Counted from the first letter of the stretch, positions 8,610-18,357 are shown. The stretch: 64,000 bases of DNA from Candidatus Sericytochromatia bacterium (GCA_036676985.1 JAKFBU010000056.1:32001-96000); one strand, 5' to 3'. A program made the numbers and translations. Notes: generated by a model not told the origin, from the sequence alone.

Positions 8610-10112
8610 ATGAGCGATCGCCTCTCACGCCGGGATTTCCTCAAGCTCCTGGGCCTGTCGGGCGTCTCGCTCGGTCTTTCGAGCTGGCCGGCCGACGCCT
8701 TCGCCGCCGCCCCTGACGTTAGGGTGCTTGTCGGCGGCGAGGACCTGCGCCTCGGCCACATGCTGCGGGATGGCCACCGTCTTGAGGCCCCTGCCCCGTC
8801 GCTGAAGGTGGACGTCGTGGTGGTCGGCGGCGGCATCAGCGGCCTCACGGCCGCCCACTACCTGCGCGACGCGGACTTGCTCGTGCTCGAGAAGGAAACC
8901 CGCCTCGGCGGCCATGCCCGCAAGGGCACCTGGCGCGACCTGACCTACAGCGAAGGGGCGGCCTACCTCGTGGACGCCTCGGGCCACGTGGGGGACCTGC
9001 TCGGCGACCTGAGCCTGGACCTGCGCCGCATCCGAGAGCCGGGGGACGCCTACTACCTCGCAAAGCGCCATGTGACGGACTTCTGGGGTGAAGGGGCCGA
9101 GCGCCTTCCGCTCTCGGAGGCTGCCCGGCGGGGCTTCCGTGCGTTCATGCGCGACCTGTCCGCCATGAAGGAATTGCCCACCCTTCCGGTGGAAAAGGCG
9201 TCGTCTGCCGCCTTGCGGCTCGATACCCAGTCGTTTGGCGCATCCGTCCGCCGTTATGGGCCGGAGGTCCACCGCTACCTCGATCTCTACTGCCGCTCGG
9301 CCCTGGGGGGACCGGTGGACGGGATCTCCGCCTACTGGGGCCTCAACTTCATGAGCGGCGAGTTCGACCCACGCTACACCATGCCGGGCGGGCTAGCGGC
9401 GGTGGCGGAGGCGCTCACCCGCTCCGTGGATCCCGCGCGCGTCCGGACCGGGGCGCACGTCTTTCGGGTCGAGCCCGTCGGCGACCGGGTCCATGTGAGC
9501 TTCCTGCAGGGAGACGAGCCCGTGACGGTCGCGGCCAGGGCGGCCGTGGTGGCCATGCCCAAGCAGATCGCCAAGCACGTGGTGGTGGGCTTGCCTGACA
9601 AGCAGCGGGCGGCCATGGCGGCCATGCGCTACGAGCCCTACGTGGTGGCGAACGTGCTCCTGACCATGCGGGCGAGTCGCCCGGCCTACGACACCTGGGT
9701 AGCCGGCGAACCCTTTACGGACGTCATCGTCGCCGACTGGGTCAACCCGGATCCGGGCCGGCGCCACTCGGTCCTGACGGCCTACTGCCCGTTGCCGCAG
9801 GCGGAGCGCTTCCGGCTCTTGGACGATCGGTGGGTCCATGGCCTGGGGCGCCGGGTGGTGCAGTCACTCGATCGCATGTATCCGGGTCTGGCGAGCCAGG
9901 TGGTGGAGGTCCGCGCCTATCGGCGGGGGCATGCGATGGTGCAATCGGCGCCAGGGGCGCTCACGACCCTGCGACCCGAGGCGATCAGGCCGCACGGATC
10001 GATCGTCTTCGCGCACTCGGACTCCCAGATGGCTGCGGCCATCGAGTGCGCCATCTGGGAAGGCCAGGAGAGCGCCAAGCAGGTCAAGCGACTCCTCACG
10101 CGTAAGGGGTAA
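8610..10112 (+). CDS. Tat-exported FAD-dependent oxidoreductase (amine oxidase family)
   Basis: SRRDFLK twin-arginine signal; DVVVVGGGISGLTAA FAD motif; LEKETRLGG; IVFAHSD. Confidence 0.85.
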   Translation: MSDRLSRRDFLKLLGLSGVSLGLSSWPADAFAAAPDVRVLVGGEDLRLGHMLRDGHRLEAPAPSLKVDVVVVGGGISGLTAAHYLRDADLLVLEKETRLGGHARKGTWRDLTYSEGAAYLVDASGHVGDLLGDLSLDLRRIREPGDAYYLAKRHVTDFWGEGAERLPLSEAARRGFRAFMRDLSAMKELPTLPVEKASSAALRLDTQSFGASVRRYGPEVHRYLDLYCRSALGGPVDGISAYWGLNFMSGEFDPRYTMPGGLAAVAEALTRSVDPARVRTGAHVFRVEPVGDRVHVSFLQGDEPVTVAARAAVVAMPKQIAKHVVVGLPDKQRAAMAAMRYEPYVVANVLLTMRASRPAYDTWVAGEPFTDVIVADWVNPDPGRRHSVLTAYCPLPQAERFRLLDDRWVHGLGRRVVQSLDRMYPGLASQVVEVRAYRRGHAMVQSAPGALTTLRPEAIRPHGSIVFAHSDSQMAAAIECAIWEGQESAKQVKRLLTRKG

Positions 10113-10241
10113 TCTCAGCCGACAGGCTTACGAATTCCCGGCAGAGGATGTGCCCCCCTTGAGCCCCACAAAAATCCGTTTGTCTTGAGCCAGGTCGAAA
10201 GCATGTCCAGAGCTTGTCGAAGGGGCAAACGGTTCCTTATC

Positions 10242-11990
10242 CTACCGCTTGATGGGCAGTCCAGCTTCCTTGGCCGCCTCGAACAGCTCCTTCAGCGGCC
10301 CCTCGGAGCGCAGCACCGTGATGCCCTCGGCCGCCGTGCGGGGGTTGATGCCACCGTAGACGATGCCCTCCAGGAGGTGGCTCGCCTCCTTGGGGTCAAG
10401 GGCCTCCTTCACGATCCGGTTGATGGTCAGGTGGGGCACGTCGGGCCACGCGAAGCGCACCTGGCTGAAGGCCTCGCGCGGATTCGTGAGCTTCCGCGCC
10501 ATGTAGTTGTGGTTGCCGTCCGAGAAGAGCACGCGGCTCGCCAGGTCCGACTCCTTGTAGCGCATCATCGACTCGCCGTACTTGGCGATGTCCCGGGCGT
10601 ACTTCTTGTTGCCGCCCACCGTGACGTAGAGCGGATTCTCGCCACGCAGGCCGAGGCGCAGGTCGGCGGCGTTGCGGCGCAGCACATAGCCGAGGCCCTT
10701 GTGCTTGATCTGATCCTTCACGGGCAGGTCGTACAACGAGCGGATGCGGCCTTCCTTGATGGCGCTCACGAGCGCGCTGTTGGGGTAGTTCGCCGCGATG
10801 AACATCTCCTTGCGGACGTAGTCGTAGAGCGCGCCGTACTTGCGCTCGGCCACTTCCCGGCTGCCGAACTTCTCGGTGAGGACCTTGAGCGTGTCCTCCT
10901 TGTAGCGGGCGGCATTGGCGCGGCTCTGCGCCCAGGACTCGAGGACGCGGGGGTGCAGCTTCTGGACGGGCTGCAGGCCGACCTTGCGGATGGCGTCCTG
11001 GTGCTGGCCGGCGGCCTCGCCGAGCGCCTCTTCGATGCCCGAGAGGCCCCGCTCCTTGGCGAGCGAATCGTAGAAGCCGAGCATATCCGTGCGCAGGTTC
11101 TGCTTGCGGCGGACGGCCGCATTCACGAACTCATCGGCGGTCTTGTAGCCGGCGAGCGGCTGGCCCTGCTGGTAGCGGGCCGCGGCGTAGGGACGCAGCA
11201 TGTCGCGGAACGTGTCGTCGGAGAGCGCCTCGACCTTGGCGACCTGGTCCAAGCCCTTCTGGAAGTCGAGCTTGACCTTGCCCTCGACGTAGCCCTCCCA
11301 GAGGTTGTTGAAGATGGGCTTCTTGGCGTTGGGCTGGTAGAGGCGATCCAGGGAGTCCGAGGGGAAGAAGCGGTACATCTGGCCGAGGTCGATGGTCTCG
11401 ATGGCGCCGGACTTGTGCACGAGGAAGTTCTCGACCTTGCCGTCGTGATCCGAGATGAGCCACCGAGCGACGTGCGACTGCGTGAGCTCATCGACCTGGG
11501 CCTGGGTCAGCTGGGTCACATCCGAGGTCAGCTTCTCGCCGCTGTGCTCGACCATCTGCTGGATGGTGCCGAAGCGAACCTGGCCGTTGATCGACTGCTC
11601 GGTCAGGTGGACCTTGGGGGTGCGGATGCCGACCGCGCCGAGCACGTCACCGCCGACCTTGTCGCCGAGGGCGCGGAACTCCTCACCCGAGGGAACGGTC
11701 TTGAACATCCAGCGTCGGCCGAACTGGTCCTCCATGATCTGCTTGGGGAGGTGGCCGCCCGACAGACCGCCCTGCTCGGCGGCGCGCTTGAAGACGAGCT
11801 CGGCGAGCTCCGCGTCGGGCTTGAGGGGGATGGCGCGCTTGGCGGCGCTCGAGAGCTGCAGGACGTCCTTGCCGAGGCCCTTGGCGGCGGTCTCGGCGCC
11901 CTGGCGGGCCGCGTCGTCCGAGACGGAGGTGAGCGTGCGACGCACCGCCGCCTGCATCCGGTCCAGTCCTGCGCGAATCATCGAGCCCAT
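10242..11990 (-). CDS. HipA/PI3-PI4-kinase-like domain fused to a DUF3626-like C-terminal domain
   Basis: Gly-rich loop, WMFK lysine, WLISDHDGKVENFL catalytic loop, IDLG; C-terminal part has EGRIRSLYD...RR...NPLY...KYG...RVLFSDG. Confidence 0.6.
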   Translation of the reverse strand: MGSMIRAGLDRMQAAVRRTLTSVSDDAARQGAETAAKGLGKDVLQLSSAAKRAIPLKPDAELAELVFKRAAEQGGLSGGHLPKQIMEDQFGRRWMFKTVPSGEEFRALGDKVGGDVLGAVGIRTPKVHLTEQSINGQVRFGTIQQMVEHSGEKLTSDVTQLTQAQVDELTQSHVARWLISDHDGKVENFLVHKSGAIETIDLGQMYRFFPSDSLDRLYQPNAKKPIFNNLWEGYVEGKVKLDFQKGLDQVAKVEALSDDTFRDMLRPYAAARYQQGQPLAGYKTADEFVNAAVRRKQNLRTDMLGFYDSLAKERGLSGIEEALGEAAGQHQDAIRKVGLQPVQKLHPRVLESWAQSRANAARYKEDTLKVLTEKFGSREVAERKYGALYDYVRKEMFIAANYPNSALVSAIKEGRIRSLYDLPVKDQIKHKGLGYVLRRNAADLRLGLRGENPLYVTVGGNKKYARDIAKYGESMMRYKESDLASRVLFSDGNHNYMARKLTNPREAFSQVRFAWPDVPHLTINRIVKEALDPKEASHLLEGIVYGGINPRTAAEGITVLRSEGPLKELFEAAKEAGLPIKR

Positions 11991-12047
11991 TGTGTCCCCC
12001 TAACCCGACCGTAACTTGACAGCCTATTAACACAACCCGTAGGGGGT

Positions 12048-12074
12048 ATATCGGCCCGGCGGCCGCATACTTTC
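12048..12074 (-). promoter_or_regulatory. Sigma-28 (FliA/SigD)-like promoter for the kinase gene
   Basis: Minus strand reads GAAAGTAT-N11-GCCGATAT versus consensus TAAAGTTT-N11-GCCGATAA/T, about 58 nt upstream of the ATG. Confidence 0.6.
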
Positions 12075-12213
12075 TTAAGTACGCGGTAAGAATCGGAAAA
12101 GGTTGAAGCAAGCAGGTTATGGAGGGTTGGGGAGGGGTTAAATTTAAGCGTTTTTGACAAGTCGTTAACAGGTCTTCTGGATAACCGGTATGTAAGGTCC
12201 GAGGAGGTTGGCG

Positions 12214-12753
12214 ATGATGTTCGATGGCTTGCTGAAGGGACAACCGATCAACCAGGTCTTCAGCAAGGCCGTTCGTCCGTTCGCGGCCTCGGAGGCACAG
12301 GGCCAGCAGGCGCTGCAGGCGAATGCCGTCCAGTCGTCGGCGGTGCTGCCCGCTCAGATCCAGGATTTGAACGAGGGTCAGAGCGCCCAGTTCCAGCGCA
12401 AGAGTGCCGAGTACTTCGGCAAGCTGGTGGCGCAGGGCCGGATCAATCCCCGCACGGTCACCAAGGAAGAGTTCGTCGTCAAGGCGGAGCCTTTGGCGAC
12501 GAAGGACCCGTTTTCGTTTGATTGGTTGGAGACGGCGAAGCGTTTGCTGTCGGCGTTCACGATGGTGGCGGACGTTCGCATCTCGGGCAACCGGGAGCGG
12601 GTGGAGCGCGAGGAAGCGCTGCATCAGCTGCAGCAGGTGCGCGAGATCGGGCTGAAGCAGGTGGAGGCTCGTCGCTCGGTGATGGGCCGGGACCAGATGC
12701 TCATCAGCCCGGCGGCCTTGGCCGTGTCGCGCGAGCGGGCGATCAAGCGCTAG
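12214..12753 (+). CDS. Hypothetical helical protein
   Basis: GAGGAGG RBS at 12201-12207; open frame of about 179 aa. Confidence 0.7.
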   Translation: MMFDGLLKGQPINQVFSKAVRPFAASEAQGQQALQANAVQSSAVLPAQIQDLNEGQSAQFQRKSAEYFGKLVAQGRINPRTVTKEEFVVKAEPLATKDPFSFDWLETAKRLLSAFTMVADVRISGNRERVEREEALHQLQQVREIGLKQVEARRSVMGRDQMLISPAALAVSRERAIKR

Positions 12754-12788
12754 TAACGAACTTACGGTAAAATATCAACCATCACTCC

Positions 12789-12811
12789 ATCCCCCTGCTT
12801 TGCAGGGGGAT
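12789..12811. repeat. Perfect hairpin (10-bp stem), REP-like or terminator
   Basis: atccccctgc-ttt-gcagggggat. Confidence 0.7.
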
Positions 12812-12817
12812 AATTCC

Positions 12818-12869
12818 TTATGCCCCCCTTGCCGAAGGCAGGGGGGGAAGGGGGGGAAGGGGGGGTCAA
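12818..12869 (+). repeat. Left arm of inverted repeat flanking the DUF559 gene
   Basis: ttatgccccccttgccgaaggca(g7aa)2g7tcaa matches the reverse complement of 13202-13242. Confidence 0.85.
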
Positions 12870-13205
12870 ATGGACAGCGTCCGCGTGAGAGCCAGAGAGT
12901 TAAGAAGAGACATGACCGAGCCCGAATACAGGCTCTGGCACGCGCTCAAGCACAACCAGTTAGGCGCCAAGTTCCGCCGCCAGGCACCAAAGGGCCCGTA
13001 CATCTTGGATTTCTACTGCCCGCAACACAAGCTCGTGATCGAAGTCGATGGTGAGTCGCATGCCATGGATTCCCGTGATGAACGGAGAGACGCCTGGCTG
13101 ACGAATCAGGGGTTTCGCGTGCTCCGATTCTGGAACCACGACATCATGCGCAACTTGGACGGAGTGGTGGCGGTGATTTATCGTGAGCTGCGAGGTGGCG
13201 GTTAA
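12870..13205 (+). CDS. DUF559 family (Vsr-like PD-(D/E)xK) endonuclease
   Basis: RARELRRDMTEPE.RLW, KFRRQ, YILDFYC, LVIEVDGESH, RDAWL...GFRVLRFWN. Confidence 0.92.
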   Translation: MDSVRVRARELRRDMTEPEYRLWHALKHNQLGAKFRRQAPKGPYILDFYCPQHKLVIEVDGESHAMDSRDERRDAWLTNQGFRVLRFWNHDIMRNLDGVVAVIYRELRGGG

Positions 13206-13242
13206 CCCCCCCTTCCCCCACTGCTTCGCAAGGGGGGCATAA
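13202..13242 (-). repeat. Right arm of inverted repeat flanking the DUF559 gene
   Basis: Reverse complement is ttatgccccccttgcgaagcagtgggggaagggggggttaa. Confidence 0.85.
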
Positions 13243-13280
13243 AGCGTTTCCCTGTGGGAATATTTTTGGTGGTTTTTTCC

Positions 13281-14477
13281 CTAGAATGCCTTCAACACCT
13301 CGGCCAGGCGCTCGGCGGCGAGGTGCAGCTCCGCCTCCGTGTTCAAGATGTCCGGGCACAACCGCAGATACCCGCTCCGGGCATCCGTGTTCACGCCCTC
13401 GGCATGCAGCGCCTTCGACACGTCCGCCGCCCGCGCATGCCGCACCGTCACGAACGCCCCCCGGTCCGGACGTGCCCCGACCGCTGCGACGCCGCGCTCC
13501 GCGAGCGCCCCCACCAAGATCGACTGCTGGTGCAGCGAGTAGGTCCGCAAACGACCCACCCCCAGCTCCCACACCAGCTCCAGACCCGCCCGGGCCTGGA
13601 ACAACGGCAGGATCGGCGGCGTCGACTCGAGAAAGGCATCCCCGCCCACCCCGAATTCCGGCACCTCCGGACGCCCGTAGCGGAACGGCTCCTTTTTGGC
13701 GAACCAGCCCGTGTCCAGGGTCGACATCCCCGCGTCCAGGTGACGCGGATGTACGTACAGCCAGCACGCCCCCGGCCCGCCGCGCAGGTACTTGTAGCTG
13801 CCCCCGATGGCGAAGTCCGCGTTCAGCGCCCCTACGTCCACCGGCACCGTCCCCACCGCATGGTAGAGATCCACCAACACCCGCGCCCCATGCCGATGCG
13901 CCGCCGCGACCACCCGATCCAGGCCCTCGACCACCTGACCGGTCACGAACATGACCATCGACACGACCACCAGGTCCGTCGCGTCGTCGATGGCCGCCAC
14001 CAGGTCGTCCGCCCGGAACTCCCCGGCCGCGTCCGGCTCCACGTAGACCAGGTCCACGCGCCGATGCTCCCCATACACCTTCAGGATGAAGTCGATGGAG
14101 TCGAACTCGCCCCGGGTCGTGACCACCTTGATCCGGTCCCGGTACGTGTTGAGCACCGCCCGCAGGCCCTGGCCCGCGCTCGTCTTGGGCACGATGCAGT
14201 CCGGACGGGACGCGCCCAAGAGGCCCGCCACCCGGCCCCGGAAGGCCGACATGGCCTCCAACCAAGGCTCCCAGGCCCCGTCCATGTCCCGGTACCACAG
14301 GTCCATAGCCTCCTGGACGTCCTGGGCCGCGCGATCCGGCGGACGACCCAGCGAGTGGTTCGCCAGGTAAACCTCCTCGCGCGCGAGCACCCGCGAGAAC
14401 AGGGGATGCACGTGCTCCTCGAGGGCAGCCTCGGTCAACAGGTGCGGGCCCAGCGCCCGGACGGCCGCATGGATCAT
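13281..14477 (-). CDS. kynU: Kynureninase-like PLP enzyme (class V aminotransferase fold)
   Basis: [32 protein letters not shown]; ATGA overlap with kynA. Confidence 0.75.
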   Translation of the reverse strand: MIHAAVRALGPHLLTEAALEEHVHPLFSRVLAREEVYLANHSLGRPPDRAAQDVQEAMDLWYRDMDGAWEPWLEAMSAFRGRVAGLLGASRPDCIVPKTSAGQGLRAVLNTYRDRIKVVTTRGEFDSIDFILKVYGEHRRVDLVYVEPDAAGEFRADDLVAAIDDATDLVVVSMVMFVTGQVVEGLDRVVAAAHRHGARVLVDLYHAVGTVPVDVGALNADFAIGGSYKYLRGGPGACWLYVHPRHLDAGMSTLDTGWFAKKEPFRYGRPEVPEFGVGGDAFLESTPPILPLFQARAGLELVWELGVGRLRTYSLHQQSILVGALAERGVAAVGARPDRGAFVTVRHARAADVSKALHAEGVNTDARSGYLRLCPDILNTEAELHLAAERLAEVLKAF

Positions 14478-15319
14478 CGGACGCCGATCTGCGTGCGCAC
14501 GTCGAACAGCTCCGGGAAGAACGTCAGATCCAGCGCCCGCTTGAGGAAGTCCACCCCCGACGAGCCGCCCGTGCCATGCTTGAACCCGATGGTGCGCATG
14601 ACCGTCCGCATGTGGCGGAAACGCCACTGCTGGAACTGATCCTCGACGTCCACCAGCTTCTCGCACATCTCGTAGGCGTCCCAGTAGCGCTGCGGATCCT
14701 CGTAGATCTGCTTGAAGACGGCGATGAGCTCGGGCTGGCGCTCGTAGGGCTGCGACCAGTCCCGCTCGACGCAGGCGGCCGGGATGGCGAAGCCCCGGCG
14801 GTGCAGATGCCGCAGGAACTCGTCGTACAGGCTCGGCGCCTGGAGGACGGCCTCGAGCTCCGCGTACGTCGCGGCGTCATGGGCGAAGACCTGGATCAGC
14901 TGCGGGTGCTTGTTGCCCAGGAGGAACTCGATGGCCCGGTACTGCGCCGACTGGAAGCCAGAGGCCGGGCCCAGGACGTGCCGGAACTCCATGTACTCGC
15001 TCGGCGTCAGCGTCGCGAGCACGCCCCATTGCTCCGTGAGCTGGTGCTGGATGTTCTTGACGCGGGTGAGCACCTTGAAGCAGGGATCCAGCTGGTCGGC
15101 ACGCACGAAGGCGATCGCCGCCCTCAGCTCGTGCAGGATGAGCTTCATCCACAGCTCCGAGGTCTGGTGCTGGATGATGAAGAGCATCTCATCGTGATGC
15201 GGCGGATCGCTCAAGGGCTTCTGGGCGCTCAGGAGCTCGTCCAGGCACAGATAGCCCGAGTAGGACATGCGATCGCGCAGATCGAGGGCAATGCCGGTTT
15301 CCAGGTCGCGCTTGTTCAT
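14474..15319 (-). CDS. kynA: Tryptophan 2,3-dioxygenase
   Basis: [39 protein letters not shown]. Confidence 0.95.
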   Translation of the reverse strand: MNKRDLETGIALDLRDRMSYSGYLCLDELLSAQKPLSDPPHHDEMLFIIQHQTSELWMKLILHELRAAIAFVRADQLDPCFKVLTRVKNIQHQLTEQWGVLATLTPSEYMEFRHVLGPASGFQSAQYRAIEFLLGNKHPQLIQVFAHDAATYAELEAVLQAPSLYDEFLRHLHRRGFAIPAACVERDWSQPYERQPELIAVFKQIYEDPQRYWDAYEMCEKLVDVEDQFQQWRFRHMRTVMRTIGFKHGTGGSSGVDFLKRALDLTFFPELFDVRTQIGVR

Positions 15320-15424
15320 ACCCCTCCCATAACAAACTGGCGCACCGGAGTCAAACCGCCCCCCGGTGCTATAATCGGGAACATACCTCTTGCCCCAATG
15401 CGTCACACTGCCGGAGTTTTCGCC

Positions 15425-16537
15425 ATGAATTCGCACCCCATCACCCGTACCCAGCTGGTTCCCCGCTATATCGAGCAGCTGGTGCCTTACAAACCCGGTA
15501 AGTCCGTCGAAGAGGTCCAGCGCGAGCTGGGTCTCGAGCGGGTCTACAAGCTCGCCTCCAACGAGAACCCGCTCGGCCCCTCGCCCAAGGCCATGGAGGC
15601 CATCAACGAGAGCCTGCTCTGCATCCACCAGTACCCCGACGCGACGGGCTACCGGCTCCGTCAGGCCCTGGCCGGGCGCTACAAGGTCAAGCCCGAGAAC
15701 GTCATCATCGGAGGCGGCTCCGAGGGCATCATGGCGACCATCGTGCGTACGTTCCTGCACGGTGACGACGAGGTCCTGACCTCCGAGGGCACCTTCATCG
15801 GGTTCATGGTGCTCGCGCGCGCCCAGGGCGTGCCCATCACCACCGTGCCCCTCAAGGACTACGGCTACGACCTGGAGGCCATCGCCGCGGCCGTCACGCC
15901 CTGGACCAAGGTCATCTACCTGGCGAACCCCAACAACCCGACGGGCACCATCTTCCACCGGGCGGCCTTCGAGAAGTTCCTCGAGACCGTGCCACCGCAC
16001 ATCCTCATCATCCTCGACGAGGCCTACTACGAGTTCGTCGGCGACAACTACGACTACCCCGACAGCCAGCTCTACCGCGCGGACAACGTGCTCACGCTGC
16101 GCACCTACTCCAAGGCCTACGGCCTCGCCGGCATCCGGATCGGCTACGGGATCGGGCACGAGAGCCTCATCTCCCAGCTCTGGAAGGTCAAGCTCCCCTT
16201 CGAGCCCAGCACCCCCGCGCAGGCCGCGGGCATCGCCGCCCTCGAGGACGACGAGTTCCTCGCCACGACCCTCGAGATCAACCGCGAGGGCCTCGAACAG
16301 CTCTACGCCGGCTTCGATCGCCTGGGCGTCCGTTACGTGCCCAGCAGCGCGAACTTCGTCATGCTCGACATGGGCTCCGAAGACGAGGTCATGCGCCTAT
16401 TCGACGGCCTGTTGAACCAGGGCATCGTGGTCCGTCCCCTCAAGGGCTTCGGCCTGCCGCACTGCCTGCGCGTCAGCGTGGGCCTGCCCGAGGAGAATGC
16501 GGCCTTCCTCGCGGCCTTCGAGAAGCTCGTCGGCTAG
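15425..16537 (+). CDS. hisC: Histidinol-phosphate aminotransferase
   Basis: [35 protein letters not shown]. Confidence 0.9.
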   Translation: MNSHPITRTQLVPRYIEQLVPYKPGKSVEEVQRELGLERVYKLASNENPLGPSPKAMEAINESLLCIHQYPDATGYRLRQALAGRYKVKPENVIIGGGSEGIMATIVRTFLHGDDEVLTSEGTFIGFMVLARAQGVPITTVPLKDYGYDLEAIAAAVTPWTKVIYLANPNNPTGTIFHRAAFEKFLETVPPHILIILDEAYYEFVGDNYDYPDSQLYRADNVLTLRTYSKAYGLAGIRIGYGIGHESLISQLWKVKLPFEPSTPAQAAGIAALEDDEFLATTLEINREGLEQLYAGFDRLGVRYVPSSANFVMLDMGSEDEVMRLFDGLLNQGIVVRPLKGFGLPHCLRVSVGLPEENAAFLAAFEKLVG

Positions 16538-16548
16538 TCCCCAACACG

Positions 16549-16582
16549 AAGCGACCGGGAGGCGTATGCCTCCCGGTCGCTT
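16549..16582. terminator. Hairpin between convergent genes (probable bidirectional terminator)
   Basis: aagcgaccgggaggc-gtat-gcctcccggtcgctt. Confidence 0.8.
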
Positions 16583-16593
16583 GTCGTTCGAGC

Positions 16594-17337
16594 CTACTGA
16601 ACGACGATGGGAATGGGCTTGGTCTGGCCGTAGAAGTTGGGGCCACCGAAGGTGCCGCCCGACTTCCAGTACTTCACGACGTAGTACCGGGTGCCCGCGG
16701 TGACCTGGTTGTTGAGGGTCACCGTGGCCTGGGTGGCCGCAGCGCCTTCCGCGGGGAAGGTCTGGAGCGCGCCCGACTGGGTGTTCGAGGTGCTGAAGAT
16801 GGTCACCTGGTACACCGCGCCGGAGGCGCCGTTCTTCTCGGGCCAGTCGAAGTTGACCTGGCTGCCGGCCGTCACGGTGGCGTTGGGCGCCGGAACCGCG
16901 CTGGTGAAGTCCCAGGCCAGCTCGAGGTTGACCTGCTGAGCTGCGGTCTGGGTGCTGGTCACGGCGACGGGGTCGGCGGCGGCCACGCCCGCCGTGTTGA
17001 AGGTGGTCGCGGCGACCTTGCCCTCGTCGTCGTAGTAGACCTGGTAGTCGGCGGCCGAGAGGCCCGTGAACGAGTAGTTGCCGTTGTTGTCGGTCTGGGT
17101 CGTCTTGTCGGTGACGGCGAAGTTCGCCGAGCTACCGGTGGCGCGGCTGCGCAGCCGGACCGTCAAGGGCTGGCCGGGGTTACTGCCCGAGTTGAGGGCG
17201 AAGGTCAGGCGGCCCTGGAGGGCGCCGCCCGGGCCGCCGGGGGTGGTCCCGGGAGGCGCGGTGGTGGGGCAGCCCGCGATCGCCGTGACCGCCAGGGCGC
17301 CGGCAAGAACGGCGACGAGTTTGGTTTGAAGCTTCAT
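16594..17337 (-). CDS. Lipoprotein with prealbumin/SdrD-B-like domain; paralogue of 18409-19236
   Basis: Lipobox IAGC; TTQTDNNGNYSFTGL..ADYQV; shared C-terminus YYVVKY.K.GG...N.YGQTK. Confidence 0.8.
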   Translation of the reverse strand: MKLQTKLVAVLAGALAVTAIAGCPTTAPPGTTPGGPGGALQGRLTFALNSGSNPGQPLTVRLRSRATGSSANFAVTDKTTQTDNNGNYSFTGLSAADYQVYYDDEGKVAATTFNTAGVAAADPVAVTSTQTAAQQVNLELAWDFTSAVPAPNATVTAGSQVNFDWPEKNGASGAVYQVTIFSTSNTQSGALQTFPAEGAAATQATVTLNNQVTAGTRYYVVKYWKSGGTFGGPNFYGQTKPIPIVVQ

Positions 17338-17562
17338 CGAGTGTTCTCCAATGAGGGGGGGGCAACGGGTTTACAAAGTTTAATATGGAATTCTGAAGCT
17401 AGCAAGCGGACCTCCGGACGCCGCTAGCTCACGCTGGTCATGAACGGCTCGAAACGCGAAACGACAACGGTACCCACGGTAGCCGTTGTCGTTTGCTGAC
17501 TCATTTCAAAAGCAAGAACGCTATCGCGCGACCATTTGATCGGCGCATGGCGCCCAGCCGTC

Positions 17563-18273
17563 TTAGCGGGTCGTCGCGGTCCAATTGCCGGCGCCGACGC
17601 CACCTTCGGTCTTGACGCCAAGGCGAACCTGGGTGGTGCCGCCGGCGAGCGTCGACGGAGTGGCGACGGTCGTGCCGGGGGTCCAGAGGTTGGCGCCTGC
17701 CGCCACGCTCTCGTAGGTCGTGCCCGAGATGCCCCACTGCACGAAGTCCGAGAGGTTCGCCGAGGCGGTTGCCGTCTTGCTGGCGAACAGGGCGAGCCCA
17801 CCCCCGCGATTCAGCTGGGGGGCGAGGCTGACATCGGTCCGGGCCTCGACGGAGGCCAGCGGGTTGGCCCCGGTGAAGAGGTAGACCCGGATCGAACCGG
17901 TCGCGCCCAGGTTGCCGAACGCCGCACCCGCGGCAGTGACGATGGACGCCGTCGCCACGACGTTGCCCGTGCTGCCGCTGGGGTTGACGGCGATCATGTA
18001 GTTGTTGAGGTTGATGGGCGAGGTCGTGAGGTTCTTGATGGTGATGTAATGCTCGCCCGGATTGAGGCTCGCCGTCGCGGCCGTGGTGAAATCGACCGTC
18101 TGGAAGATGAGCTGCTGAGAGCTCGTGCGGGTGTAGGGCGTCGGGGTCGGCGCGGGAGTAGCGGTGGCTCCCGGGGTCGGCGAAGGGGTCGTGGTGGGGC
18201 CGCCCGGGCATCCGGCGATCGCCGCCACTGACGCCGTGGCCGCTGCAGCCAGGTAGAAATGCTTGAACTTCAT
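17563..18273 (-). CDS. Lipoprotein with lamin-tail-domain-like fold
   Basis: Lipobox IAGC, PT linker, YITIKNLTTSPINLNNY and DFVQWG motifs. Confidence 0.65.
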   Translation of the reverse strand: MKFKHFYLAAAATASVAAIAGCPGGPTTTPSPTPGATATPAPTPTPYTRTSSQQLIFQTVDFTTAATASLNPGEHYITIKNLTTSPINLNNYMIAVNPSGSTGNVVATASIVTAAGAAFGNLGATGSIRVYLFTGANPLASVEARTDVSLAPQLNRGGGLALFASKTATASANLSDFVQWGISGTTYESVAAGANLWTPGTTVATPSTLAGGTTQVRLGVKTEGGVGAGNWTATTR

Positions 18274-18357
18274 GGGGGAGATCTCCTTAAGAAATGACTA
18301 AGTTCAGAACAATTAACATAGATTCCTGAACGAAGCAAGCATCCCTTGGCGACATGA

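Noticed and set aside
14474-16537. Apparent long overlapping extensions of kynA (to 16159) and hisC (from 14576)
   Set aside because: Homology-like motifs start at 15319 and 15425; the extensions are antisense shadows of each other.
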